A stretch of DNA of 64,000 nucleotides from an uncultured Gammaproteobacteria bacterium (GCA_965230895.1 OZ246394.1:1057887-1121886); one strand, 5' to 3'; counted from the first letter of the stretch, positions 1 through 10,336 are shown. Numbers and translations are program-made. The notes: a model not told the origin generated them from the letters alone.

Positions 1-416
1 TCCTTGCATATAACGCAGATCTTGCAAATGGTTTAGGCAATCTGGTAGCAAGAGTTGCTAAGCTGAGTGAAACTGTTGACTTAACAGTTGAAGAAACGGA
101 TTCAGAATCGCTTAAGCAGGGGATCTATGATACTGCTTACACAGAAGCATTCGATGCTTTTAAATTTAACGATGCGATTGGAGTTGTTTGGCAAAGGATT
201 ACAGACGTAGATAGATATATTAATGAGGAAAAACCTTGGGTACTTGTAAAATCAGATCAGGACAAAGCAAAAGCAGTACTTTCTAAATGTGTAGATGAAA
301 TTCGTAAAATTGCAGTTTTACTAGAGCCATTTTTACCAGATACAGCACAAGCGGTACAAAAACAATTCACTGGTCCAAAAATCGTTTCAGGAAAGCCATT
401 ATTCCCAAGAATCTAA
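1..416 (+). CDS. metG: Methionyl-tRNA synthetase, C-terminal part (5' end outside window)
   Basis: Frame +3 reads LAYNADLANGLGNLVAR...YINEEKPW...LLEPFLP...GKPLFPRI*, typical of the MetRS anticodon-binding domain; metG-tatD synteny. Confidence 0.93.
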   Translation, partial: LAYNADLANGLGNLVARVAKLSETVDLTVEETDSESLKQGIYDTAYTEAFDAFKFNDAIGVVWQRITDVDRYINEEKPWVLVKSDQDKAKAVLSKCVDEIRKIAVLLEPFLPDTAQAVQKQFTGPKIVSGKPLFPRI

Positions 417-422
417 TCTGAC

Positions 423-1286
423 ATGATTGACGTTCACTGCCATCTCCAATTCCAGAAATTTGAAGAAGATTATGACGCTGTAATAAACGCGGCTTTTGAT
501 GCTGGTATAACAAAGATTATCAATACAGGCACACAACTTTCCTCAAGTCGTAAAGCAGTAGAATTCGCTGATAAATATGAAAATCTTTATTCCATTATTG
601 GCGTGCATCCACATCATGCGGATAAAATTAAAACACATCCTGAGACAGTCGAACACACTGAAACAAATGCCGCAAATACCGATAAACGAACTACCGATGA
701 GAATTTTTGGATTGAAGAGCTTGAGAAGTTAACAAAGCATCCAAAGGTTATCGGTATAGGGGAAATAGGAATGGACTATTTTGAATATAAATCAAATGGA
801 ATTGTTGATCCAAAATTGCAGCAGGAAATCTTTGAAGCACAAATTGAACTAGCACACAGTGCAAAGCTTCCGTTACAAATTCACAACCGTCAGGCTGGAG
901 AAGATGTCATAAAGATTCTTAAATCGAAAAAGCATTTGCTCAAATCTGTCCCTGGAATGTTTCATTGCTTTGCTGGCACGAAAGAAGTATTGCATGATGC
1001 ATTGGATTTAGGATTTTATATTGGTTTCGATGGCAATATTACATACAAAGGAATTGCGCCCGGTGAAACAGTTGCTTTGTCCGATCTTGCGAAAGAAACG
1101 CCACTGGATAGAGTTGTAATAGAAACAGATGCTCCATATTTAACTCCTGTGCCGCACCGTGGAAAGAGGAACGAGCCACAATATGCTATACTGACGGCGA
1201 AACACGTTGCTGATCTCAAAGGTATCTCCTTTGAAAAACTAGTGGAACAGACAGACAAAAATGTCTATACTATTTTTAATATATGA
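423..1286 (+). CDS. tatD: TatD family hydrolase/DNase
   Basis: IDVHCH, GVHPH, IGEIGMDY, IHNR, FHCF and ETDAPY motifs. Confidence 0.96.
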   Translation: MIDVHCHLQFQKFEEDYDAVINAAFDAGITKIINTGTQLSSSRKAVEFADKYENLYSIIGVHPHHADKIKTHPETVEHTETNAANTDKRTTDENFWIEELEKLTKHPKVIGIGEIGMDYFEYKSNGIVDPKLQQEIFEAQIELAHSAKLPLQIHNRQAGEDVIKILKSKKHLLKSVPGMFHCFAGTKEVLHDALDLGFYIGFDGNITYKGIAPGETVALSDLAKETPLDRVVIETDAPYLTPVPHRGKRNEPQYAILTAKHVADLKGISFEKLVEQTDKNVYTIFNI

Positions 1287-2776
1287 CAAGTTTTTTTGAG
1301 AAGATATTTACAAGATACCCAAATAAAACAAGACGGCTACTTGAGATTTTCCCTGGGCTTATGGCTTGGACACTCATCACCGCTCCAATTTGGGGATCAT
1401 TTTTGATTCCTACAGCACTTGCCTATTTCATCCTCTTTTTTGATGTCTACTGGCTTTATAAATCGTTTAATCTAGTCTATACAGCATCTATTTCTTCAAG
1501 AAAGATAAGTAAAGCAGAAGCAACAGACTGGTACGAAAAAGTAAAAGATCTCGAACATGTTAAGAAAGTGCACCATACACTTATTATTCTTAATTACAAA
1601 GAATCTGTTGAGAAAGTAAGTAAAACCTTAGATATTTTGGCAAACCAAAGTTTCCCTGCAAAACAATTGCATATTGTGCTTGCGATGGAAGAGCGAGAAG
1701 CTGAGGCAAAAGAACGCGGAGCAACTTTAGTTAAAAAATATAAAGATGTTTTTGGAAGTATCTTCCCGACGTTTCATCCTGATGTTCCAGGTGAAGTAAA
1801 AGGGAAATCATCAAACGAAGCATATGCAGGACGCGAAGCATATAAAAGATTATATGAAGATGGTAATTTTGATATCGATTATGCAACAATTTCATCGGTT
1901 GATGCGGATTCACTTTTCCATAAAGAGTATTTCTCATATCTTACCTATAAATTCCTTAAGGATCCAAAACGGCATAACAAATTCTGGCAATCAGCGATTG
2001 TCTTTCATAACAATATTTGGGATGTGCCTGCACCAACACGCGTAACTTCATTTTTTGGTACTTTATATAGAATTGCACTCCTTGTTCAAGGAGATAAGCT
2101 TCTTACTCACGCAACATATTCATTATCGTTTAAGCTCCTGAAAGAAATTGACTTCTGGGATGTTGATGTAATTCCTGAAGATTATCGCATCTTCTTTAAA
2201 GCGTTCTATCAGAAAAAAGGTGAAATCTGGTGTGAGCCAATATTCCTTAAAACAGGTATGGATGCAGCGCAATCAAAAGGATACATTGATAGTTTAAAGA
2301 ACAAATATCATCAAGAACGGCGATGGTCATGGGGCGTTTCTGACAACCCGCTCTTTATCAAATGGTGGTTTAATGTTCCAGGCGTTCCATTCTTTAGAAA
2401 GACAGCGCTTATGTTCAACGTCCTTCTCGATCATATCCTCTGGCCAAGCAGTTGGTTTATTGTAACAATTGCAGCCAATGTTATGGCCATAATTAATCCT
2501 GTTTATTCACGAACAGCATTAGGTTTTAGTTTGCCACAGCTCGCAGGTGCAATTCTTAATTTCGCTTTACTCGCATTATTGGCAATGTTGTATATAGACT
2601 ATAAGAACAGACCTGCTAACCAAAATCTACCTACCTATCGTAAATTACTTTTTCCATTTGAATTTTTACTCATGCCACTTGTCGGATTTTTCCTATCTGC
2701 ACTTCCTGCACTAATTTCTCATACACAATTGATGTTAGGAAAAAGACTTGAGTATAAGGTAACTGACAAAGTCTAA
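1283..2776 (+). CDS. Membrane-bound family 2 glycosyltransferase (processive type)
   Basis: DAD, PED and QERRW (QxxRW) motifs; N- and C-terminal TM helices; 4-nt overlap with tatD. Confidence 0.85.
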   Translation: MTSFFEKIFTRYPNKTRRLLEIFPGLMAWTLITAPIWGSFLIPTALAYFILFFDVYWLYKSFNLVYTASISSRKISKAEATDWYEKVKDLEHVKKVHHTLIILNYKESVEKVSKTLDILANQSFPAKQLHIVLAMEEREAEAKERGATLVKKYKDVFGSIFPTFHPDVPGEVKGKSSNEAYAGREAYKRLYEDGNFDIDYATISSVDADSLFHKEYFSYLTYKFLKDPKRHNKFWQSAIVFHNNIWDVPAPTRVTSFFGTLYRIALLVQGDKLLTHATYSLSFKLLKEIDFWDVDVIPEDYRIFFKAFYQKKGEIWCEPIFLKTGMDAAQSKGYIDSLKNKYHQERRWSWGVSDNPLFIKWWFNVPGVPFFRKTALMFNVLLDHILWPSSWFIVTIAANVMAIINPVYSRTALGFSLPQLAGAILNFALLALLAMLYIDYKNRPANQNLPTYRKLLFPFEFLLMPLVGFFLSALPALISHTQLMLGKRLEYKVTDKV

Positions 2777-2847
2777 CATGCTGCCTCTTCAAATTACTAA
2801 TTGAACTCTGAAGCAATAAAGTAGAAAATGGATATAGGCAAATATTT

Positions 2848-4338
2848 ATGAATTTCCTCTCTCATTTAGAAAAAAATAAACAATTCTGGTCAATACTCGT
2901 TCTTTGCGTTTTTTTCTTCATATTACGTTTACCTTCTTTAATTGAGCCACATTGGTATGGAGATGAAGGTATTTATCAAGTCATCGGGCAAGCATTACAT
3001 CAAGGAAACCTTCTCTATAAAGATATTTGGGACAATAAACCACCTCTTCTTTATGCTCTCTACGCGATAGCAAACGGCGATCAACCAACGATTAGGCTTC
3101 TCTCAATGATTTTTGGAATTGCTTCTGTACCATTATTCTTTTTCTTAACAAAAAAACTATTTGAATCTACAAGAATAAGCACTCTTTCTACGCTATTATA
3201 TGTAATACTTTTTGGTTCTCCTTTTCTCGAAGGTAATATAGCAAATGCTGAAAACTTCATGCTTCTTCTTATCCTTTCTTCAGCGCTGATTATTTATTCA
3301 TCAACACAAACAGTGAAACAAACAAAATTACAGAGACAAACACAGATTTTCATAAGTGGAATTATTTTGGGAATTGCTTTTCTTTTCAAAATCGTGGCGA
3401 TATTTGATACAGCAGCTTTTGCACTCTTTCTAGCTTTTGGTACACTTTCTACATTATCTAAGCGATCACTAAGAAATGCATTTTTACATATTCTTCCATT
3501 GGTTCTTGGAGTTATTATTCCATTTGTTATTTCTGTTATTTATTTCTCTTTAAACGGTATCCTTGCAGAATATTTAATGAGTGCATTTACTCAGAACATT
3601 GACTATGTCGGTAAAGAAAATTACTTATTCGAAATTCCTCAAGGATTACTGATAGTAAAAATACTTCTTTTGATTAGTGCTATTATTTTTATATTCCTTA
3701 AACGACACTTTTTTTCAAAAGCAACTCTTTTTATTATCTTATGGACGACACTTGCACTTTTTAGTGCAAATTTTTCAGGTCGACCATATACACATTATAT
3801 GTTAGTTTTGCTACCAAGTTTTTGCTTATTGCTTGGTTATATGTACTATGTCAAAAGAAAGCAGGCGAAAAAATTAACTTTTGTTGCTCTAGCGACAATG
3901 AGTATTTATTTTTCCCTTACATTTCCTCTTTATGGGATAGGCAAAACTTTCGAATATTACCAAAATGCAATTGCATTTCTAACCAATCAGAAAGATCTGC
4001 GTTCGTATCAAGCTTTCTTTGATTATAAAACGCCACGAGATTATGCAATTGCTTCATTTATAAAAGCAAATACTACAGATAAAGATAAAATTTTCATCTG
4101 GGGGGACAGTCCTCAAATTTATGCAATTGCAAATAAACTACCCCCTTATAAATATGCAGTCGCATATCATGTTATTCAGAGCCCTGAGCTTCTTAACCAG
4201 ACGCAACAAGCAATTGACAAAACAAAACCCAAATATATTATTGTACTTCCTGAAACCCAGCCCTTGCTGTTTAGCGCACCACTTTATATAATTCGATTTA
4301 ATATAGAAGGGGCAATTATTTATGAACGAAGCATTTAA
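2848..4338 (+). CDS. GT-C fold glycosyltransferase (ArnT/PMT-like)
   Basis: First loop W-x-G-D-E-G-I-Y...D-N-K-P-P; about 11-12 TM segments; soluble C-terminal domain. Confidence 0.8.
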   Translation: MNFLSHLEKNKQFWSILVLCVFFFILRLPSLIEPHWYGDEGIYQVIGQALHQGNLLYKDIWDNKPPLLYALYAIANGDQPTIRLLSMIFGIASVPLFFFLTKKLFESTRISTLSTLLYVILFGSPFLEGNIANAENFMLLLILSSALIIYSSTQTVKQTKLQRQTQIFISGIILGIAFLFKIVAIFDTAAFALFLAFGTLSTLSKRSLRNAFLHILPLVLGVIIPFVISVIYFSLNGILAEYLMSAFTQNIDYVGKENYLFEIPQGLLIVKILLLISAIIFIFLKRHFFSKATLFIILWTTLALFSANFSGRPYTHYMLVLLPSFCLLLGYMYYVKRKQAKKLTFVALATMSIYFSLTFPLYGIGKTFEYYQNAIAFLTNQKDLRSYQAFFDYKTPRDYAIASFIKANTTDKDKIFIWGDSPQIYAIANKLPPYKYAVAYHVIQSPELLNQTQQAIDKTKPKYIIVLPETQPLLFSAPLYIIRFNIEGAIIYERSI

Positions 4339-4675
4339 AAAGATACAAGCAGACAAAATTATTCGTATTGCAATGAGTATTTCACTCGGCCTTATTGTTA
4401 TGCATGCATTATATATTGCAATCCATTTTCTCTCACTCCCGCCAGTACTTCCGTTGTACAATCAAATGCCCTGGGGAGAAACGAGACTTGGGTCTAAGTT
4501 AGAAATATTTATCCCTTTAGCTATCACAATAACCTTTTTTCTATTTAATTATTTCTTCCTCGCAAGGCTTTATAACGCAATGCCACTAGTATCACGTATT
4601 ATAGGTATAACAACACTTCTTGTCTCGATACTTTCAATTATTTTTATTATTAGAACTTTGCAGCTTATTTTATAA
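4322..4675 (+). CDS. Small 3-TM membrane protein (DUF1648-like)
   Basis: LPPVLPLYNQMPWG loop between hydrophobic helices; overlaps both neighbours. Confidence 0.6.
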   Translation: MNEAFKKIQADKIIRIAMSISLGLIVMHALYIAIHFLSLPPVLPLYNQMPWGETRLGSKLEIFIPLAITITFFLFNYFFLARLYNAMPLVSRIIGITTLLVSILSIIFIIRTLQLIL

Positions 4676-5781
4676 TGACTATTGTACCAGACATTACTAC
4701 GTTTGCACTTTTGCCATTCATTGCAGCGCTCATTATTACTGCTTCTTTGACATTTGTATCGATCCGTCTTTCTAAAAAACTTGGACTTATGGACGATCCA
4801 AAACTTCATAAGCACCCAGGAATCATCCATACAAAACCTATACCACGAGGAGGAGGAATTCCGTTATTCTTTGGAGCATTTTTTGCGAGTATTCTTTTTA
4901 TACCGTTTAATGGCATGATCAGTGCTGTATTTTTTGCAGCTTTCTTAGCACTATCAGTCGGAATTATTGATGACAAATTAAACGCGCAATCAAAAGATGT
5001 CTCACCATACGTGCGATTTCTTGTAAATATTCTAACCGCAATTATTGTTGTTGCAAGTGGCGTAACTATCCATTTCATTACAAATCCTTTTGGTGAGGGC
5101 GTGTTGCAATTGGATGCTATAAAGTTCGGATTACCTTTTATTCCATTTACATTAGTCCTTTCTGATCTCGTTTCTGTTATATGGCTTATTTGGGTTATGA
5201 ATATGATTAATTGGAGTAAAGGTGTCGATGGGCAGATGCCCGGAATTGTCGCTATATCTGCAATCGTTATTGGAATATTAAGCTTGAAACTTAATTCCAT
5301 GGGAGATGGAAGCTTTGTCGATGCACAGCTATCATTTATTATTGCTGGCTGTGCAATAGGATTCCTAATTTTCAACTTCTACCCAGCAAAAATATTTCCT
5401 GGATATGGCGCAACCGCACTGTATCTTCTTCTTGGAGTAGCCTCAATCTTAACAAGCGCCAAACTTGCAACTGCAATTCTCGTCTTAGGTGTACCGATGT
5501 TCGATGCACTTTTTATAATAATTCGGCGGCTTCTCAACAAGAAATCTCCATTCCAGGGTGACAAAAAACATCTCCACCATATTCTGCTAAAATTAGGGTA
5601 TAATCAAAGACAGGTCGCATTGTATTACTGGTGCTTCTCTGCTATATTGGGTTTAATTGCTCTCGGTTTGGAAAGCAAAAGTAAAATCTTTGCAATTATT
5701 ATGGTAATAGCATGTACAGGCGGAGCTTTACTCTTTTTACATAGGATTACTAAAACAAAAAATGAAGAACTCACTTCGTAA
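4675..5781 (+). CDS. MraY/WecA/TagO-family polyprenyl-phosphate sugar-phosphotransferase with non-canonical motifs
   Basis: HxxPIPRGGG, GIIDD, FNFYPAKIF, KHLHH motifs; about 11 TM. Confidence 0.88.
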   Translation: MTIVPDITTFALLPFIAALIITASLTFVSIRLSKKLGLMDDPKLHKHPGIIHTKPIPRGGGIPLFFGAFFASILFIPFNGMISAVFFAAFLALSVGIIDDKLNAQSKDVSPYVRFLVNILTAIIVVASGVTIHFITNPFGEGVLQLDAIKFGLPFIPFTLVLSDLVSVIWLIWVMNMINWSKGVDGQMPGIVAISAIVIGILSLKLNSMGDGSFVDAQLSFIIAGCAIGFLIFNFYPAKIFPGYGATALYLLLGVASILTSAKLATAILVLGVPMFDALFIIIRRLLNKKSPFQGDKKHLHHILLKLGYNQRQVALYYWCFSAILGLIALGLESKSKIFAIIMVIACTGGALLFLHRITKTKNEELTS

Positions 5782-6697
5782 TATTTTCCGTCTGCTCCGT
5801 CCACGTCAGTGGATAAAAAACTTTGCTATTTTTGCAGCACTTCTTTTCAGTGGTCAACTTTTTGATATTACTCTTATCCAAAAAGTAGCAGAAGGCTTTA
5901 TCATATTTTGTGCAATTTCAAGTGCTATTTATGTAATTAATGACATACTTGATGTTGAGAAAGATAAACTCCATCCTTTTAAGCGCTTTCGACCTATTGC
6001 ACATGGTGATGTATCTGTAAGAGCAGCAATAATTGTAGCAACTACCCTGGCTGCCGGTTCAATCATCGCAAGTTATTTTATTGATCCAGCATTCTTCATC
6101 ATTACCATTATTTATTTTGTATTACAACTTGGCTATTCTGCGTATCTCAAACATATTGAAATTGTTGATATTTTAACATTAGCGGCAGGATACATACTTC
6201 GCGTATTTGCCGGAGAGATAGTAACTGATACGCATATCTCTGCTTGGCTTTTCCTGACTGTGATTTCGCTATCTCTCTTCTTAGCTATTGGGAAACGCAG
6301 GTCAGAGATTACATTACTTTCGCACCAGCCTGGCCCACAATTAGCAACAAGAAAAACATTGTCTCATTATACTGATAAGCTCTTAGATATATATCTGTCT
6401 ATTTTTGCAACTTCAACATTTATTTCCTATGCACTATTTACATTCTTAGAGAATCCGGCAGGATTACAATTTACTTTTGATATTATTCCAGCAGATATAC
6501 TTGGCACATATTTACAGAGAAAATGGTTAATGATAACTATCATTCCAGTTGCATATGGATTGATGAGATACCTGCAAAGGATTTACGAAAAGCATGAAGG
6601 AGAAAGTCCTGAGCGGTTATTATTTTCGGATCGCCCGCTCTTAATTTCAGTTATTCTTTGGGTTCTTTTAGTCGTTATCCTCACCTACACACTGTAG
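5762..6697 (+). CDS. UbiA-family polyprenyl-phosphate phosphoribosyltransferase (DPPR synthase-like)
   Basis: LRPRQWIKN, INDILDVEKDKLHPFKRFRPIA, YSAYLKH, GKRRSE motifs. Confidence 0.88.
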   Translation: MKNSLRNIFRLLRPRQWIKNFAIFAALLFSGQLFDITLIQKVAEGFIIFCAISSAIYVINDILDVEKDKLHPFKRFRPIAHGDVSVRAAIIVATTLAAGSIIASYFIDPAFFIITIIYFVLQLGYSAYLKHIEIVDILTLAAGYILRVFAGEIVTDTHISAWLFLTVISLSLFLAIGKRRSEITLLSHQPGPQLATRKTLSHYTDKLLDIYLSIFATSTFISYALFTFLENPAGLQFTFDIIPADILGTYLQRKWLMITIIPVAYGLMRYLQRIYEKHEGESPERLLFSDRPLLISVILWVLLVVILTYTL

Positions 6698-6700
6698 TTA

Positions 6701-7561
6701 TTATTCTTTGGAAGCATAATCAGAACTTATCCAGCCCTTGGTACCATCATCCAATGTAATTTCAAACCATCCTTCTTGTTCTGAATTAAGAGGATATGTT
6801 TGTCCTGGAGACACTCTACCTACTTCTGCACCAGTTGTTGCAGCAGTTGCTCGAACTCGGAGAAAACCCGTAGGTGTATCAAGAATTTTAATACGCTGTT
6901 GTGCAATTGTCGGCGTAGGAGAAACTGTTGATGCCGATTCTGATGCGGGTTGAGGAGTGGTTCCATTTGTACTAAGATACGCTGTCACAGTTAATTTGTA
7001 CCCTCTAGGTGTCCGGATACGCACTTCTTTTTCTGAGTATCCCTCCTTACGGATCTTAAGAACATGATCCGATTCTGTTGGATCTTTATAATGAAGAGGT
7101 GTTGTCCCAATCAAAGCATCATCCAGGAGAACTTCTGAACCTTGAGGAAATGACGCCACGAGAAGTTCTATTTTTTGCTTGTCAGAAAGCGGAGAAAGAG
7201 AAATAATACTTCCTTCGGAGAGAGCATTCTTCCCAAATTTACGATCTACAACAGTTAAAACGGCTTGTGATATCGTTATCTTTTCTTGGAATTCCCTTAA
7301 ACTTGTATCTAAAGGAACAAGGCGGATAGTATATTCACCAGCAGCTAACATGTCAGCAGCTTCACACTTACAGAGTGGCGTTTGTCCAAGGTATTTATTA
7401 TTAAGATACACTTTACTTTCAGGGCTGGAAGTCACTTGCAATGCTCCTTTTTGAGCATTAATACTAAAATAGTACTGAACGGCAAAATAAAGACCTAGTG
7501 CGAGAATAAATGATGCTATAAAAACGATTACAATTTTCTTCATGGAGTGGATTAGGTACAT
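6701..7561 (-). CDS. Membrane-anchored protein with two PEGA domains and a C-terminal SH3b domain
   Basis: N-terminal TM; VTSSPESKVYLN..LGQTPL and SFPQGSEVLLD..IGTTPL (PEGA); LRVR...GWFEI...GWISSDY (SH3b). Confidence 0.85.
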   Translation of the reverse strand: MYLIHSMKKIVIVFIASFILALGLYFAVQYYFSINAQKGALQVTSSPESKVYLNNKYLGQTPLCKCEAADMLAAGEYTIRLVPLDTSLREFQEKITISQAVLTVVDRKFGKNALSEGSIISLSPLSDKQKIELLVASFPQGSEVLLDDALIGTTPLHYKDPTESDHVLKIRKEGYSEKEVRIRTPRGYKLTVTAYLSTNGTTPQPASESASTVSPTPTIAQQRIKILDTPTGFLRVRATAATTGAEVGRVSPGQTYPLNSEQEGWFEITLDDGTKGWISSDYASKE

Positions 7562-7674
7562 TTTATCTTATCATAGCAATGATATTAATAACAAACTGCT
7601 TAAGATTGTTACAACGATAAGACTATGCAATAATTCTGTAGCGATTGGCTTATCTTATAAAAGTGTTGTGATAA

Positions 7675-9165
7675 TTACACCTCGAGGAACCGTTTCTTAA
7701 TAAATTCTTTATCTAATGATAATATCAACCATGCAGCTTTTGGCCCTGAAGACTTCCCAATGAGAACCATATAGATAGCAGCAAATGTTTCTTTCCCATT
7801 AAGTCCGAGCCCTTTACCAAACTCATAAATTTGTGTTTGGAAGTCTTCTGCATCTAACTCCTTTTCAAGCTCTCCTGCTACTTTTTTCAAAAGTTCTTTT
7901 TGTTTCTCTGAAAGGTTTTTTGCTTCATCTGGCAAAGTATCCTGGACTAAGAATTTGGCAGACTCAGGAGCATACTGCTCAACCCATACTTTTGCATATT
8001 TTGACCATTCTTCTAACCCATCTTCTACAATTCTCTTTTTCATATTTGGCATTTGCACCCATTGTGCGAGCATTGAAAATCTTATTGCTGGAGGTTTCTG
8101 AGCTTCACCAATTTGTGAAAGTTCAAAAGCTCTAGCTAAGTCAGAATCACCATTGTTAAAAAATGCATCTGCTGCTTTTTGGTACTCATCGTAAAGTTTG
8201 GGGATAATTTCGGTTTCCTTTGGATTGAATTCCACAGCCTTATTTGGATCAGTTTTAATCATTAAAAATCGGGCGATCTGTGGAGGTAAAACATCGAGTA
8301 GCTCCTCACCGGTTAAGCCTAAACCTTTTGAAGATGACATCTTTTTTCCATTCCATAAAAAGAATTCATACGCGAAAGCTGTTGGTGGTTCTTGCTTAAA
8401 TACTTCTCTAAGAATATTCGCAGCTACCTCAAATGATCCACCAGCAGACATATGGTCTTTACCTGAGCACTCTATTGAGACTTTAAATGTATACCATTTT
8501 ACAGACCATTCAGGTTTCCATGGCATTTTTGCATTACCGTCAAAAGGAGAAACCTTTCCAGTAGTTCCGCAACCTTTTGCCCATGTAACCATATCCGGGA
8601 TACATGTATAGGTAACTTCTTTTCCATCCCAATCTGTTACTTTCGTTGTACCAAGTTTGCCACACTTTTGACAAATAACTTGCAATGGATACCAACTATC
8701 TTTGACTGGATGTTTGTACATTTCCTCATAGACGTTGCGTACTTTAGTGACATTGTCCAACATAATTTTAATGCCATCATTATAAACACCGTTCTTGTAA
8801 TTTTCTGATGCAAGATATATCTCTGCTTCTACTCCAAGTAATTTGAACAAGTTGCGCATTCGATTTCCGAAATAGTCTGCAAATGTTCCACTCCCATCAG
8901 GGGAAGGAGCGAGGAATGTAGGAACTCCCATGTATTCCCCATAGGATTCTTGCATTGCAGCAGGAAGCCCATCAATTGGATCAAAGTCATCAAAACCAAA
9001 TGTATACTTTACATCATGTCCTTGCTCTCTTAATGCTTTATATATGACATCATGGATAACTGGACCTTTCAGTCCACCCATATGCACAATACCAGACGGC
9101 GTCCAGGCATCATTAACCCACTCTTTTCCTTTTCTTTTTTGTACAAATTCATCTACCCAAAACAT
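7675..9165 (-). CDS. lysS: Lysyl-tRNA synthetase, class I
   Basis: MFWVDE start, TPSGIVHMG (HIGH-like), DDFD, two CxxC-type Zn sites, GKDH, KMSSSKG. Confidence 0.96.
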   Translation of the reverse strand: MFWVDEFVQKRKGKEWVNDAWTPSGIVHMGGLKGPVIHDVIYKALREQGHDVKYTFGFDDFDPIDGLPAAMQESYGEYMGVPTFLAPSPDGSGTFADYFGNRMRNLFKLLGVEAEIYLASENYKNGVYNDGIKIMLDNVTKVRNVYEEMYKHPVKDSWYPLQVICQKCGKLGTTKVTDWDGKEVTYTCIPDMVTWAKGCGTTGKVSPFDGNAKMPWKPEWSVKWYTFKVSIECSGKDHMSAGGSFEVAANILREVFKQEPPTAFAYEFFLWNGKKMSSSKGLGLTGEELLDVLPPQIARFLMIKTDPNKAVEFNPKETEIIPKLYDEYQKAADAFFNNGDSDLARAFELSQIGEAQKPPAIRFSMLAQWVQMPNMKKRIVEDGLEEWSKYAKVWVEQYAPESAKFLVQDTLPDEAKNLSEKQKELLKKVAGELEKELDAEDFQTQIYEFGKGLGLNGKETFAAIYMVLIGKSSGPKAAWLILSLDKEFIKKRFLEV

Positions 9166-9189
9166 AAGCTCTATTATACTACACCTTTC

Positions 9190-10323
9190 TTACGCGACCA
9201 ACAAATTAGTATTAGTGATTGCGTCAATTCTTTGAGATGCAGTATCTCTAAAAAGTTCAACTTCCACAGTAGAATATTGTTGTTTAAACTGCGGTCCGCG
9301 TTGTAAAGTGATACCTGCTGCTTCAAGCCCTCCAGAATGGGAATATAAAATTGGTGACTTAACAATTTCTAATAACCCTTCTTCCCCAATATGCATATAA
9401 TCTCGAGATGCTGGTTGAGGCTTAAGTGGGTAGACAGTATTACCAAATTGTAGATCTTTTGCATCGACAACACTTTGCCCAAATAAACTATATGCTTGGT
9501 GCTGAGCATCAAGCACTGTCGATACATACGATATGGAACCATTTTCGCTTAATTGTTCTGGCTCAATATCAAATACTATTTTATATCCGAACGGCTCTTC
9601 TTTATGAGGACGCACTTCTATTCTCTCTGCATCATGGTCTGTTTCACGTAATGCAGTTTGCATAAAGGTATGCATATATAGAGCTAATAGTGCATAGTAT
9701 TCTGGACCAAGCGCGTTTTGCTCAACTTGCAAATGTTCTGTCTTAATCCTTCCGTCTTGTAATGCGTCAATATTTATATTGCCAAAATTAGCATGCGGTA
9801 ATGGTACAGATCGGGGCATTCTCAAATGAGGACGATAGACATCAGGCGTTAGATGTTCTACCAGCAAAGCTTTTTCTCCTTCACTCTTCTGTTCATGAGA
9901 AACTTGTAACCCTGCTAATTTTGCGGCGGTGTAACCACATCTTGTTTGGTCAGGCAGATGAGTAGGAAATATCGTTGTAACAATATCATCTTGTTTTGCC
10001 TTTAACTCATCTTCAGATAACTCAGGTAGGTGGGTTGCGACAATTAATCCACCCCTTTCCCAATATCCGGCAGGTGTTCCAACAAACGAGACTCTCCCGC
10101 CATCAGAAAAGCGAGAGACAGTATAAACTTTAGTCTCACTTGGAGTATCTGTATAATTGCCAAAAAACTCATTTTCTAAATGTCCACGTTGTTCATTTCT
10201 TCGAACAACTGCCCGATTCTTTGCAGCATCTGATGGGCGAGTACCAAGCCCAAGCTCTGCCCGTTTAGGGTTAATATGTACCTGTGATAATCCTTCAGGC
10301 AAAAGCCTTCTACTTTCTGACAT
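9190..10323 (-). CDS. Hypothetical protein, weak resemblance to GalT/HIT-fold nucleotide transferases
   Basis: Long ORF; ATG at 10323 has a GGAG RBS (the track's GTG at 10338 abuts the terminator U-tract); RSVPLPHAN and EIVKSP..SGGLEAAGI loosely echo GalT-branch motifs. Confidence 0.5.
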   Translation of the reverse strand: MSESRRLLPEGLSQVHINPKRAELGLGTRPSDAAKNRAVVRRNEQRGHLENEFFGNYTDTPSETKVYTVSRFSDGGRVSFVGTPAGYWERGGLIVATHLPELSEDELKAKQDDIVTTIFPTHLPDQTRCGYTAAKLAGLQVSHEQKSEGEKALLVEHLTPDVYRPHLRMPRSVPLPHANFGNINIDALQDGRIKTEHLQVEQNALGPEYYALLALYMHTFMQTALRETDHDAERIEVRPHKEEPFGYKIVFDIEPEQLSENGSISYVSTVLDAQHQAYSLFGQSVVDAKDLQFGNTVYPLKPQPASRDYMHIGEEGLLEIVKSPILYSHSGGLEAAGITLQRGPQFKQQYSTVEVELFRDTASQRIDAITNTNLLVA

Positions 10324-10336
10324 ATGTTTTCTCCAC

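Noticed and set aside
4806-5375. Long antisense ORFs (e.g. 4806-5375, 15764-16327, 56232-56783, 42853-43305)
   Set aside because: They mirror well-supported genes on the opposite strand; shadow ORFs
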